Source: Armatimonadota bacterium (lineage in GTDB: Bacteria; Armatimonadota; UBA5829; DTLH01). Taken from it: a DNA stretch of 64,000 nucleotides. The notes beneath the pieces were generated by a model, which did no database searches, had not been told where the DNA came from, and worked only from the letters and a program-made list of their open reading frames with translations. The position numbers were made by a program, and so were the translations under genes. Position 1 is the stretch's first letter. Each line of letters starts with the position of its first letter. Location of the stretch: contig JBDKSP010000011.1 of the NCBI GenBank assembly GCA_039680575.1, forward strand, positions 1 through 64,000, written 5' to 3'. Below, one piece after another: positions 27,866 through 37,233 of this stretch.

Positions 27866-28610
27866 ACCGGTGCTTCTGCTCAGGCTGGAGGGGGTTTGGC
27901 AGTCCTGGGGGGAGAGATCGCGGTGGGATGTCCGCGATACCGGGACGGAGCCGACCAAGTCAGGTATAGTTGGGCTGCTTGGCTGCGCTCTTGGCTACCC
28001 AATGCGCGACCCACGGCTGGAAAATGAGCTCGATGCAGGGCTGCGCTTCGGCGTCCGGGTGGAAAACGCCGGGCGTGTGGTGCAGGACTATCAGACCGTG
28101 AGCGGTTTTCTTCCCACAGCCGAAGGCTCTTACCGTCACATGGGGGCAACAGCGAAATCGCTTGACAAACTTAAAAATTCTCCCGATGTGACACCATCGA
28201 CGATAGTATCTCCTCGTTATTATCTGGAAGACGCCTCGTTTTTGGCGGCGTTGGAAGAAAAAGACGGCTTCAATGGGCTGCTGTCGAAGTGCGAAGCCGC
28301 CCTAAGAGAGCCGAAATGGCCGATATTTCTTGGACGAAAGGCCTGTGTGCCTACAAGGCCGGTATTGGAGAGGTTTATTGATGACTACAGTAGTATAGAA
28401 GAAGCGTTGGAGCAGTATGAGTGGTCGTGGCTGCGTTCATGCAAGGAAGACCGCAGCGATCTTCGTCCGAAAAAGCTGGCTGTAATGATCGAAACGGCAA
28501 ATGGCGAGCTTTGGCGGCAGGATGTGGTGCAGATGAACCAGGCAAGGCAGTATGGGTTCCGCCGCGTGCATTCTTACACTGTCAATACCCCGGCAGGAGG
28601 TGAGTCCTGA
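27858..28610 (+). CDS. cas5: Type I-E Cas5 (CasD)
   Basis: LRLEG..QSWG, PTKSGIVGLLGCALG, DYQTV, RYYLEDA.F, LGRKAC.P. Confidence 0.95.
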   Translation: MGRPVLLLRLEGVWQSWGERSRWDVRDTGTEPTKSGIVGLLGCALGYPMRDPRLENELDAGLRFGVRVENAGRVVQDYQTVSGFLPTAEGSYRHMGATAKSLDKLKNSPDVTPSTIVSPRYYLEDASFLAALEEKDGFNGLLSKCEAALREPKWPIFLGRKACVPTRPVLERFIDDYSSIEEALEQYEWSWLRSCKEDRSDLRPKKLAVMIETANGELWRQDVVQMNQARQYGFRRVHSYTVNTPAGGES

Positions 28611-29224
28611 TGTATTTGTCCATGCTTCAGCTCAACCCGCGCTGTAAACAGGTGCAGTCTGAGATTTACGACCCTTATCAGATGCACCGCACACTCTGTA
28701 AGGCGTTCGGGGATGATGAGGAATCCTGGAAGAACGCGAGAGTGCTCTTCCGTGTAGATGAAACGAACGGAGGCTGCAAACTCTGCGCGTTGGTGCAGTC
28801 GAAATTGCGCCCCGATTGGACGAAACTGACTGTTCCCGGCAATTACCAGGTCGATGAGCCTAAATTGAAGGAAGTCCAGTTCGCTCTTGAAACAGGCCAG
28901 AGGTTGGGCTTCCGGCTCAGGGCAAATCCGACCGTAAAGCGCGATGGAAAGCGTGAAGGGCTCTATAAAGAGGAAGAACAATATGAATGGCTGAGGAAAA
29001 AAGGCGAACACGGCGGATTTACCGTGCTGAACGCGATAGCGAGAGCGGACGGTAAGCAGAAGAGCCTTACGGCTAAGGGGAAAGACGCGGTTTTACTGTC
29101 TGTGATATTCGAAGGCATACTGCAGATAACAGACCCGGAATTGTTCTTGAAAACGCTGGAGTCAGGCATCGGTTCAGCGAAAGGGTTTGGGTTCGGGCTG
29201 CTTTCCATTGCGCCGGTGAGGTAG
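28610..29224 (+). CDS. cas6e: Type I-E Cas6e (Cse3/CasE)
   Basis: MYLS, YQMHR, LFRV, FRLRANP and the G-loop GIGSAKGFGFGLLS. Confidence 0.96.
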   Translation: MYLSMLQLNPRCKQVQSEIYDPYQMHRTLCKAFGDDEESWKNARVLFRVDETNGGCKLCALVQSKLRPDWTKLTVPGNYQVDEPKLKEVQFALETGQRLGFRLRANPTVKRDGKREGLYKEEEQYEWLRKKGEHGGFTVLNAIARADGKQKSLTAKGKDAVLLSVIFEGILQITDPELFLKTLESGIGSAKGFGFGLLSIAPVR

Positions 29225-29228
29225 TATT

Positions 29229-30182
29229 ATGACTCGTGATACTAAACTCAAAGACTTGCACCTGCTGCCCAAGATCAAGGACTCGCTTTCGTTTCTGTAT
29301 GTAGAGCATGCGAAGATAGATAAACATGATCAAGCCATAGCTATACATGACGCTGATAGCATGACGCCTGTACCGGTGGCTAGCCTGGCTGTTTTGATGC
29401 TCGGTCCGGGAACGACGATCACGCATGCAGCCATCAATGCTCTGGCAGACAATAATTGCCTTGTAATATGGTGCGGAGAGGAAAATGTGCGGTTCTATGC
29501 CTGCGGGATAGGAGGCACGAGAAGCGCAAATCGACTGTTGAGGCAGGCAAGGCTCGCTTCAAGCGAAACAAGCCGTCTTCAAGTCGTGAAAAGAATGTAC
29601 AGGATGCGCTTTGAAGAGGAAATTCCAGAGGAAACCACGGTCGATGCGTTAAGAGGTATGGAAGGCGCAAGAGTAAGACAGGCTTATTCCAGGCTGAGCG
29701 CAGAGACCGGTGTTGACTGGAATGGTAGAAATTACGACAGGCAAAACTGGCAAGCTGCCGATGTGATAAATCGCGCAATATCGGCAGCGAATTCCTGTCT
29801 TTACGGGCTGTGCCACGCCGCGATACTATCGGCTGGGTACAGCCCGGCTATCGGTTTTATTCATACGGGAAAGCAGTTGTCGTTCGTCTATGACATCGCT
29901 GATCTATATAAGGTGGACTTTACTGTGCCACTTGCATTCAAAATGGCGGCAGACCCACCTGCGCAGCTTGAACGAAGTGTAAGGCTTGCCTGCCGCGATG
30001 CTTTCAAAGAGATGAAATTGGTCAGCCGTATCATTCCTGATATAAAGCTCGTTCTTGGAGAAGTAGGAGACGAGGACGAGACGAGTCTTTTTGATAGCGA
30101 TGAGGCGTTACCAGCCGAGTTGTGGCTGCCATCATGGGAAGTTCAGGATAAGGTGACGGAAGATGATGGTACTGATACTTGA
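29229..30182 (+). CDS. cas1: Type I-E Cas1
   Basis: LGPGTTITH, LRGMEGARVR, GYSPAIGFIH, SFVYDIADLYK. Confidence 0.97.
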   Translation: MTRDTKLKDLHLLPKIKDSLSFLYVEHAKIDKHDQAIAIHDADSMTPVPVASLAVLMLGPGTTITHAAINALADNNCLVIWCGEENVRFYACGIGGTRSANRLLRQARLASSETSRLQVVKRMYRMRFEEEIPEETTVDALRGMEGARVRQAYSRLSAETGVDWNGRNYDRQNWQAADVINRAISAANSCLYGLCHAAILSAGYSPAIGFIHTGKQLSFVYDIADLYKVDFTVPLAFKMAADPPAQLERSVRLACRDAFKEMKLVSRIIPDIKLVLGEVGDEDETSLFDSDEALPAELWLPSWEVQDKVTEDDGTDT

Positions 30183-30450
30183 GAGTGTTCCATCCGGATT
30201 GCGGGGTGAGATCAGCCGATGGTTGATCGAACCGAAGGCAGGTGTGTTTGTCGGGAAAGTATCAGCCATGGTGCGCGATAAGCTGTGGCAGAAAGCCTGC
30301 GAGCATTCTAAAGGGGGTGGGGTAACTATGATATATAGCACAAATAATGAACAGGGATATACATTTAGGACGTTTGGTGAAACATCGCGTTCTATTGTTG
30401 ACTGGGAAGGCTTGATGCTCGTGAGGATAGACAATAATTCGTCATCCTAG
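30163..30450 (+). CDS. cas2: Type I-E Cas2
   Basis: P.GLRGEISRWLIE..AGVFVG, VRDKLW, NNEQG, VDWEGL. Confidence 0.96.
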   Translation: MMVLILESVPSGLRGEISRWLIEPKAGVFVGKVSAMVRDKLWQKACEHSKGGGVTMIYSTNNEQGYTFRTFGETSRSIVDWEGLMLVRIDNNSSS

Positions 30451-30451
30451 A

Positions 30452-32005
30452 GTATTCCCCACACACGTGGGGGTGAACCGCGGAGTTGCAGCGGCAAATG
30501 GCACAGATACAGGTATTCCCCACACACGTGGGGGTGAACCGCATTGGAATCGCGCTGTGCGGCGGCCACAAAAGTATTCCCCACACACGTGGGGGTGAAC
30601 CGAGCCTCCAGAACCCATCCCACAGCAGTTACGAGTATTCCCCACACACGTGGGGGTGAACCGATGTTTTCATTTCCCCTGCTCCTCCTTCAGATGTATT
30701 CCCCACACACGTGGGGGTGAACCGTTTATGCAGGCTACGGCCGATCTTTCCGCTGGGTATTCCCCACACACGTGGGGGTGAACCGGGTCAATTCCTCATT
30801 TTCACGCACTAGTGATTGTATTCCCCACACACGTGGGGGTGAACCGGCCTTGAGCACTGCTGTTTCGAGTTCTGCCCTGTATTCCCCACACACGTGGGGG
30901 TGAACCGTCCGGGGTGTTGTGGTTTGTATCAACTCAGGTGTATTCCCCACACACGTGGGGGTGAACCGCAGCTCGAGCTTGCGGAAAAGCAGCAGGAGTT
31001 GTATTCCCCACACACGTGGGGGTGAACCGTCATCCGCAAACCCGATAGCGACGGTGTCGCCGTATTCCCCACACACGTGGGGGTGAACCGCCGACTGTCC
31101 GGGTAGATATGCTCTGCTATAAGTATTCCCCACACACGTGGGGGTGAACCGTTAGGGTCACTGTAGGCACAATTCTGGCCTTGGTATTCCCCACACACGT
31201 GGGGGTGAACCGATATATTGTCCGCTGAACCGTGGGACGACAGCGTATTCCCCACACACGTGGGGGTGAACCGAACATACTTGCCGTTGACCATCCCCCA
31301 GCCGTGTATTCCCCACACACGTGGGGGTGAACCGAACTGTGCAGGGTATTGGATCGCCGGCGTCACGTATTCCCCACACACGTGGGGGTGAACCGGGGAG
31401 ACAGAATCATGAACGAGCAAATACACAGTATTCCCCACACACGTGGGGGTGAACCGGTTCGCAGGTGGTTTCACGCATAAACTCAACCGTATTCCCCACA
31501 CACGTGGGGGTGAACCGGGTCGCCACTCTTTCTGGCATTCAGCCGGTCAGTATTCCCCACACACGTGGGGGTGAACCGCAGTGCTCCCTGAGTTCCAGCG
31601 AAGCACCGTCGTATTCCCCACACACGTGGGGGTGAACCGGGAGTGCGGTGAACCCGCTGCCCCTCCAGACTGTATTCCCCACACACGTGGGGGTGAACCG
31701 ACTGCCGTGAGCACAGAGAACGCTAAAACCGCGTATTCCCCACACACGTGGGGGTGAACCGCGTGTCAGCATTCGTTCGCGCAGCAGTGCAGAGTATTCC
31801 CCACACACGTGGGGGTGAACCGATAGTACCGGCACTGAAATACCGGTGCTGAACGTATTCCCCACACACGTGGGGGTGAACCGGACAAGGACAAGTTCCA
31901 CTGCTTGGACGCTCTGTATTCCCCACACACGTGGGGGTGAACCGATGTAAAGGCGCAAAACAATCTACACGAACTAGTATTCCCCACACACGTGGGGGTG
32001 AACCG
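30452..32005 (+). CRISPR. Type I-E CRISPR array: 26 identical 29-nt repeats (GTATTCCCCACACACGTGGGGGTGAACCG) and 25 spacers of 32 nt
   Basis: Exact 61-bp period from 30452 to the last repeat start at 31977. Hairpin CCCCAC/GTGGGG and the AACCG end are typical of I-E repeats. Confidence 0.99.
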
Positions 32006-32021
32006 GACGGCATTGGCTTTC

Positions 32022-34394
32022 CTAATCCCGTTGTTTTCTTCTCACTATCAGCATCCCGGCTATGAATGCGAGCGAGGAGAAATACAGGATCATTCCGGTC
32101 CGGTATGGTGTGTTCACGTACTCCATTCTTATATCATGTTTGCCTTTGGGGAGGTATACCGCCCGGAACAGGTAGTCTGCGCACAGGACTTTTACGGGTT
32201 TTCCGTCTACCCATGCCTGCCACCGTGGGTAATATACCTCACTGAAGAACAGGTAGCCGTTTGACGCCATATCAGCCTTAACATCGAGCCTGGTATCCGA
32301 GTAGGACGTAATTACTGCCCGGTCTTTTGCCGGATTGCCCGGAACCCGGCGAATTACGTTTCTGTTTTCGAGTATTATCGTCTTTTTTGGATCAAAGTCC
32401 GGCTCTTTTATCTCTTTAAGCGCTGCGTCGGGACTTTCCGCAAGTGTCGCGCTGTGAACGGTGAAAACTCTCGGAAGCCAGTTCCTGTTGTAGTAGACAA
32501 ATGACTTTCCCGCGTGGATTTCCGCAAGATGGCTGCCTGTCAATCGCTTCGTGGATAGCACATACTTTACGTTGAGCAGGCCGACCAAAGGGGAATCATG
32601 CCGGGTAATATCAGCGCTCACTCCGACATACGCAGGCGTGTTCTGGATAGCTCCTGCGTAGGCTGCGTAACGGCCTATTGAAGTGGGATAATAGCCGTTG
32701 ACGCTCTCCAGCCCGTCAAAAACCCCCTGGGCGTATTGAAATGAGTCCGTGTCCATAGGAAGTATGCGGAAGCGGTCGCTGTCGGCTTTGATGATATTTA
32801 TCGCCATTCTGTCCCCGGAAGTATAGAATTTCCGCGCGTTTGTGGTGAAAAGCAGCGGATCGGCATAAAACCACAGGTCGATAAACGATAATGCGATGAG
32901 TGCGGTCGCGGCGGCATTAAGACTGATCCATTTTCGCGTAAGAGCAGTGACTGCTAGAGTCCCTAGCGCAATAAGCGCCGCAGTCCAGGCAAGTCCCGAT
33001 AGCTGCATCGCATAAAGTCCTGCCAGTTTGCCCATAACGGCTTCGGGGTTGCTCCTGGTAGAGCCGATAATGCGTTCGGCGTGCGATAATATAATGCCTT
33101 TTGCCGCCCACCAGGCCACGAGGGAGATAATTACGGCGAGAAACGAGAAAGCCATGACCTTCCTGGCCAGCACAGCCTTGCCTTGTGCGTTTTGCGTCTC
33201 CGGTTCGATGGCAGCGAGTCGCGGAGACCTGAGCCTGACCGATGATGAGATCACTATATCAGTTCCGTAAGCCGCAAGCCCCGCCATTGCGAATGTATAG
33301 AGGTAAAGTATCTTGCTTGGAGCCCGGATCATACTGAAACCGGGGATTTTGTATATCAATTTGAAGAACGGAGTATAATCACCGAGCGCGATCAGGATAG
33401 ATAAAATGGCAAGCGCCTTGAAATATCCCGCGCGGGAGTCACGCATACCGAAAAATGCGATGATAGCGAGAATGAACGGCAGAATGCCGATGAACATCGA
33501 TCCGTCCCAGTAAAGCGCGCCGAAAGCGGAGTTTTCCTGCACCGGGCTGCCCCAGAACGAGGGCGCTATAGCAGTGACGAGCTGTGCAGGAGCGAGCGAA
33601 AACGAGGATGCGAAGCTGTAGTCCGTGCCGCCTCCACGGTTGGAAAGCGCTGTTGATTCTAAAAACTGCAGGATATATGGAGAGGATATAAAAAACGTGA
33701 AAAGAAAGGCTATTACAGCGAGACCAGCGTAAACCGGGACCAGGTTGAGCTTTCGTTCTTTGGCAACCATCGGCAAAACGCGCCAGATAAAGAAGATGGC
33801 CATAGCCAGCCCGGTGTAGTAGACATATTGTGGGTGCAGCCCAAGCAGTTGAAACCCCAGGACCACACCGGTCAGAGCAGCATACCGGAACTGCCTTGTC
33901 TCGACAGCTTTGTCAAGGAACAGAAACGTGAGTGGTATCCACACGCCCGACCAGATTGCGCCGCCATGACCCGCGTATATCTTCGAGATAAAGAACGCTG
34001 AGAACCCGAAGGCCATTCCTCCGATGATGGAGCCCGTATTGCTGCGTCCGAACCTTCGCATGAGCATGTACATAAAGACCGCGGCTCCGAATATATGGAT
34101 GATATACCGCCATGTCATCTCTCTTGGGAGCGGCATTGTCAGGCACAACCAGTCCAGAGGGTAAAGAGGTATAGCGGATGTGAGAGGAAAGCCGCTCATC
34201 ATATAGGGGAACCAGTCAGGTCTCACTCCGCTTTGCACAGCATGGCTGAAATACCAACTGAACGGGTAACCCTGCGTAACGATATCCATTCCGAAAATAG
34301 TACCCGGTCTGAAAATGACATTGTGGAAGATCAGCAGAGTCGAAATGGCGAAAAGCACAGCTACGGATGGACCGAAAGCAGCCTGTTTTTTCAT
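32022..34394 (-). CDS. YfhO-family polytopic membrane protein (putative GT-C glycosyltransferase)
   Basis: W.PYMMSGFP, HPQ, many TM segments, LLNVKY, LPR.F, YYPRWQA.VDGK, G.H.I. Confidence 0.85.
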   Translation of the reverse strand: MKKQAAFGPSVAVLFAISTLLIFHNVIFRPGTIFGMDIVTQGYPFSWYFSHAVQSGVRPDWFPYMMSGFPLTSAIPLYPLDWLCLTMPLPREMTWRYIIHIFGAAVFMYMLMRRFGRSNTGSIIGGMAFGFSAFFISKIYAGHGGAIWSGVWIPLTFLFLDKAVETRQFRYAALTGVVLGFQLLGLHPQYVYYTGLAMAIFFIWRVLPMVAKERKLNLVPVYAGLAVIAFLFTFFISSPYILQFLESTALSNRGGGTDYSFASSFSLAPAQLVTAIAPSFWGSPVQENSAFGALYWDGSMFIGILPFILAIIAFFGMRDSRAGYFKALAILSILIALGDYTPFFKLIYKIPGFSMIRAPSKILYLYTFAMAGLAAYGTDIVISSSVRLRSPRLAAIEPETQNAQGKAVLARKVMAFSFLAVIISLVAWWAAKGIILSHAERIIGSTRSNPEAVMGKLAGLYAMQLSGLAWTAALIALGTLAVTALTRKWISLNAAATALIALSFIDLWFYADPLLFTTNARKFYTSGDRMAINIIKADSDRFRILPMDTDSFQYAQGVFDGLESVNGYYPTSIGRYAAYAGAIQNTPAYVGVSADITRHDSPLVGLLNVKYVLSTKRLTGSHLAEIHAGKSFVYYNRNWLPRVFTVHSATLAESPDAALKEIKEPDFDPKKTIILENRNVIRRVPGNPAKDRAVITSYSDTRLDVKADMASNGYLFFSEVYYPRWQAWVDGKPVKVLCADYLFRAVYLPKGKHDIRMEYVNTPYRTGMILYFSSLAFIAGMLIVRRKQRD

Positions 34395-34426
34395 CTTGAT
34401 ACACGGCCTCCTTTAAGAGGTTGCAA

Positions 34427-35587
34427 TTACTTATGTGCCGGCTTCAGCAGGCCGAGCATAGTTGCGCCGATTTTGGCGGCAGTCGCGGTATTGAGCAGCA
34501 TATTGGAGTAGGCCTGGTTGGCGAGAGGACACCAGCAATTGCCTTTCTTTATGTATTGCCGGATTTCATCCGCGCGCGGCGAGCGCCAGATCCTCCAGAA
34601 GTCGTAATCATAATCCGAGAGTCGTCCCATCGACTTGTCATACCCCAGTACGCAGCACGGCCATACGTCTCCATAGGGGCTGATGTGAACATTCGATATT
34701 CCTCCGTAGCAGGGCAGCACCTGTTTTCTCTCGTGCAGAATACGTACGACGAGATTGTAATAAACGAGTCTCGATGCGCTTATCTGCTTTCCGAGCTTTC
34801 CGGCTTCTCTCAAGTGCCTGCGGCTTTCATCGGAGAAAGCCCGAATTGCCTGTTCGTAGTCATCCGCGGTCGGGGTGATCGAGTCTTCCTCGTTGAACAT
34901 CTCGCTTCTCTGCTCGGCAATCTCGCTTATGTAGCTGTCCAACCCCAGAAGGTGAACGAAACGGGCGACTTCTCTGATATTATGCACGTTATAGCTGGAT
35001 ATGACCGTTCCAGCGCCGACCTCCAGGTTCGAATAGCGCTCTTTCAGCTTTTTCAGCCGGTTTATGGTCTCCAGCAGCTTATCGAAGTTACCGGGGACAC
35101 CTCGGATCTCGTCATGTGAGTCTCCCACGCCATCGAATGAAGGCTTGACGGTAAACATGACCTGTCTTTTGCTTGCTTTAAGCCGTTTCAGGATATCTTC
35201 CGTCATTGCGACTATCCGGTCGGTCAGGATGGCGTTCGTCGGAGTATGGATAACCCCAGGCGTGAGCAGTTCATTAGCGAGTTCCACTATCTGAGGGAAA
35301 TCTTTTCTGAGGAATGGTTCGCCGCCGCTCATATTGACAAAATAGACGTGTCCCAGGCTCTTGAAAAGCCTCTCGAAGTCTCCGAGCGTCATTTCGTCTT
35401 TCAGGTTTGTGCCGCACTCGCCGCGATACATATCCCATATATTACAGGTCTTGCATCTGGACTGGCACATGTTGGTGACGGAAAGGGTGATGTTTATGGG
35501 ACGGCCCGGAGACACCATACCCAATCGGGCCAGTTTATAGTTCATCGTCCTGGGAAGTATGTCAGTTATCAGCGCTTTAGGGGTCAT
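34427..35587 (-). CDS. Radical SAM protein with SPASM/twitch domain
   Basis: CQSRCKTC (CX3CX2C), SGGEPFLR, C-terminal CYGG...G.VWPCC...CWC. Start placed at MTPK. Confidence 0.88.
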   Translation of the reverse strand: MTPKALITDILPRTMNYKLARLGMVSPGRPINITLSVTNMCQSRCKTCNIWDMYRGECGTNLKDEMTLGDFERLFKSLGHVYFVNMSGGEPFLRKDFPQIVELANELLTPGVIHTPTNAILTDRIVAMTEDILKRLKASKRQVMFTVKPSFDGVGDSHDEIRGVPGNFDKLLETINRLKKLKERYSNLEVGAGTVISSYNVHNIREVARFVHLLGLDSYISEIAEQRSEMFNEEDSITPTADDYEQAIRAFSDESRRHLREAGKLGKQISASRLVYYNLVVRILHERKQVLPCYGGISNVHISPYGDVWPCCVLGYDKSMGRLSDYDYDFWRIWRSPRADEIRQYIKKGNCWCPLANQAYSNMLLNTATAAKIGATMLGLLKPAHK

Positions 35588-35609
35588 ACCACCAACAGTT
35601 AGCCTCCGT

Positions 35610-37097
35610 TTATTCTTCAGCACCTTTACCCGGAACTGCTGAGGCGTAAACATGCCCGGCAGAAGGATTAAGCATCGATTTTGCTGAACGGTACGATTCT
35701 CTATCGAGAGAAACAGCGATGAGCGGATACGCGATAAGCGTGAGTATAGCCGATCCGAGCGCTGTAGCAAGCCCGCTCGGAAGTATGAGTGCTGCAATGG
35801 CAAACGAGGCGCCGACAGCGCATAATGAGCTGAAAAGCGGGTGTTTGAACATCTCCGCATATCCGCCCACAGTCATATCCAGCATCTTGACGACCTTCCA
35901 AAGCGCCATGCTTGTGCCGATAATGTAGGCACAGGTGAAAAGGACCGCAACACCAGCCGCACCGAACTTTATCGCAACCGGATAGACAAGCGGCGCCGCG
36001 ATGCCGAGCTGCAGGAAGTTAAGCCGGTACACCCACTTGGGCTCACCCATGGCCATAAAAACGATCCCTGCTGTCGCGCCGATAGACCGGAACATCCCGT
36101 AAAACGCAAGTATTCTGAAAAGCGGTATAGCAGGAGCCCATTTTCTTCCGAAAAACCCCAGCACGAAGTCGCTTGCCGCAAGCGCCAGCCATATCGCTGC
36201 CGGGAAAGAGAGCATCGAAATGCTCTTCACGGTCCGAGTGTATGCTCGTCTCAAGGCCGGTATATCATTGTTCAGTTTCGAGTAAGTAGGAAACATCACT
36301 TTGTTGACGATGTGAGTGATATTCGTCGCGGGCAGGTTGCAGATGGTATAGGCAAGGCTGTAGTAGCCGAGGATAGTCACGCCCAGCCATCTCCCGATAG
36401 CCGCGTTGTCGATATAGAAAAAGGCAAGGAACAGGAATGTGGCTGCCATCAGCGGTTTTCCGAAACTGAGTGTGCGTTTGGCGCTTTCTTTATGAAAAGA
36501 TGCAACCGGCTTCCAACCCGCGACTGTCCAGGTGACAATGGCGGATATTGTAACGCTTGCCAGATGTCCGATTACGAGGCTCCATACTCCGAGCCCTTTG
36601 TAAGCGAGCGTGATCGAAACGGCTGCATAGGAAAGACCCATCGCAAGCTCCGGCAGCGCCCGCCTTTTGAACTCAAGGTCTTTTTCCAGAAGAGTCGAAG
36701 GGACTGTCGCAAGTGAAGATAAAACGACTGAAAAGCTCATTATCCTGAGCGGCCAGATGAACGCCGGTCCGCCGAACACCATTGAGATAAGCGGGCTCGC
36801 TGCATAGATCACAGCCCATGCGCTGAAGCCGAATATTGCGCTCATCAGAAATGTCGTTTCGGCGTTTTTCTGCACATCGGTCTTATGGTAGATAAGCGCC
36901 TGGCCGAATCCAAGGTCGCGGAAGAGTGTCAGCGCGGTTACGATCATTGTCCCAAGTGCGAACAGCCCGAATACGGATGGAGCCAGCAGCCGTGCAAGCA
37001 CGATTGTCACCAGAAACTGCATTATCCTGACGGTAATCGCGCCTGTAAACGTCCAGCCGACTCCGGTAATTACGTTTCTGCCAATAGTTTTTTTCAT
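35610..37097 (-). CDS. Wzx-type flippase (WzxC/PST family)
   Basis: IVLARLLAP..FG, DLGFGQALI, G.YSLAY, VMFPTYS; about 12-14 TM segments. Confidence 0.88.
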   Translation of the reverse strand: MKKTIGRNVITGVGWTFTGAITVRIMQFLVTIVLARLLAPSVFGLFALGTMIVTALTLFRDLGFGQALIYHKTDVQKNAETTFLMSAIFGFSAWAVIYAASPLISMVFGGPAFIWPLRIMSFSVVLSSLATVPSTLLEKDLEFKRRALPELAMGLSYAAVSITLAYKGLGVWSLVIGHLASVTISAIVTWTVAGWKPVASFHKESAKRTLSFGKPLMAATFLFLAFFYIDNAAIGRWLGVTILGYYSLAYTICNLPATNITHIVNKVMFPTYSKLNNDIPALRRAYTRTVKSISMLSFPAAIWLALAASDFVLGFFGRKWAPAIPLFRILAFYGMFRSIGATAGIVFMAMGEPKWVYRLNFLQLGIAAPLVYPVAIKFGAAGVAVLFTCAYIIGTSMALWKVVKMLDMTVGGYAEMFKHPLFSSLCAVGASFAIAALILPSGLATALGSAILTLIAYPLIAVSLDRESYRSAKSMLNPSAGHVYASAVPGKGAEE

Positions 37098-37148
37098 ATA
37101 GTCCGCCTGATAGTCAGTGTCGTTGTGTTTTGGAATCTGTTCGATCTT

Positions 37149-37223
37149 GAGCCGGTCGGCTAACGTCGCCATGAGATGCCGCTCAATGAATCCTGCAGCG
37201 CCTGTTACGAGCGTTTTTATTTT
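37149..37223 (-). pseudogene. Relic N-terminus of an NAD-dependent epimerase/dehydratase
   Basis: KIKTLVTGAAGFIERHL is a decayed Rossmann GxxGxxG (compare LVTGATGFIGGHL at 43226). The rest of the gene is absent. Confidence 0.55.
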
Positions 37224-37233
37224 CCGAAAGCAG

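Noticed and set aside
21824..30450. Possible variant I-E system (HNH-fused Cas5/Cas8, Cas2-DnaQ, or transposon-associated)
   Set aside because: No extra domains are evident, Cas3 is intact, and no tns or tniQ genes are present.
30392..32013. Many minus-strand ORFs with repeating VHPHVCGEY / RFTPTCVGN / GSPPRVWGI
   Set aside because: These are translations of the CRISPR repeats, not proteins.
35588..35860. N-terminal extension of the radical SAM ORF in the ORF track
   Set aside because: It overlaps the flippase 3' end in another frame; an RBS supports the start at 35587.
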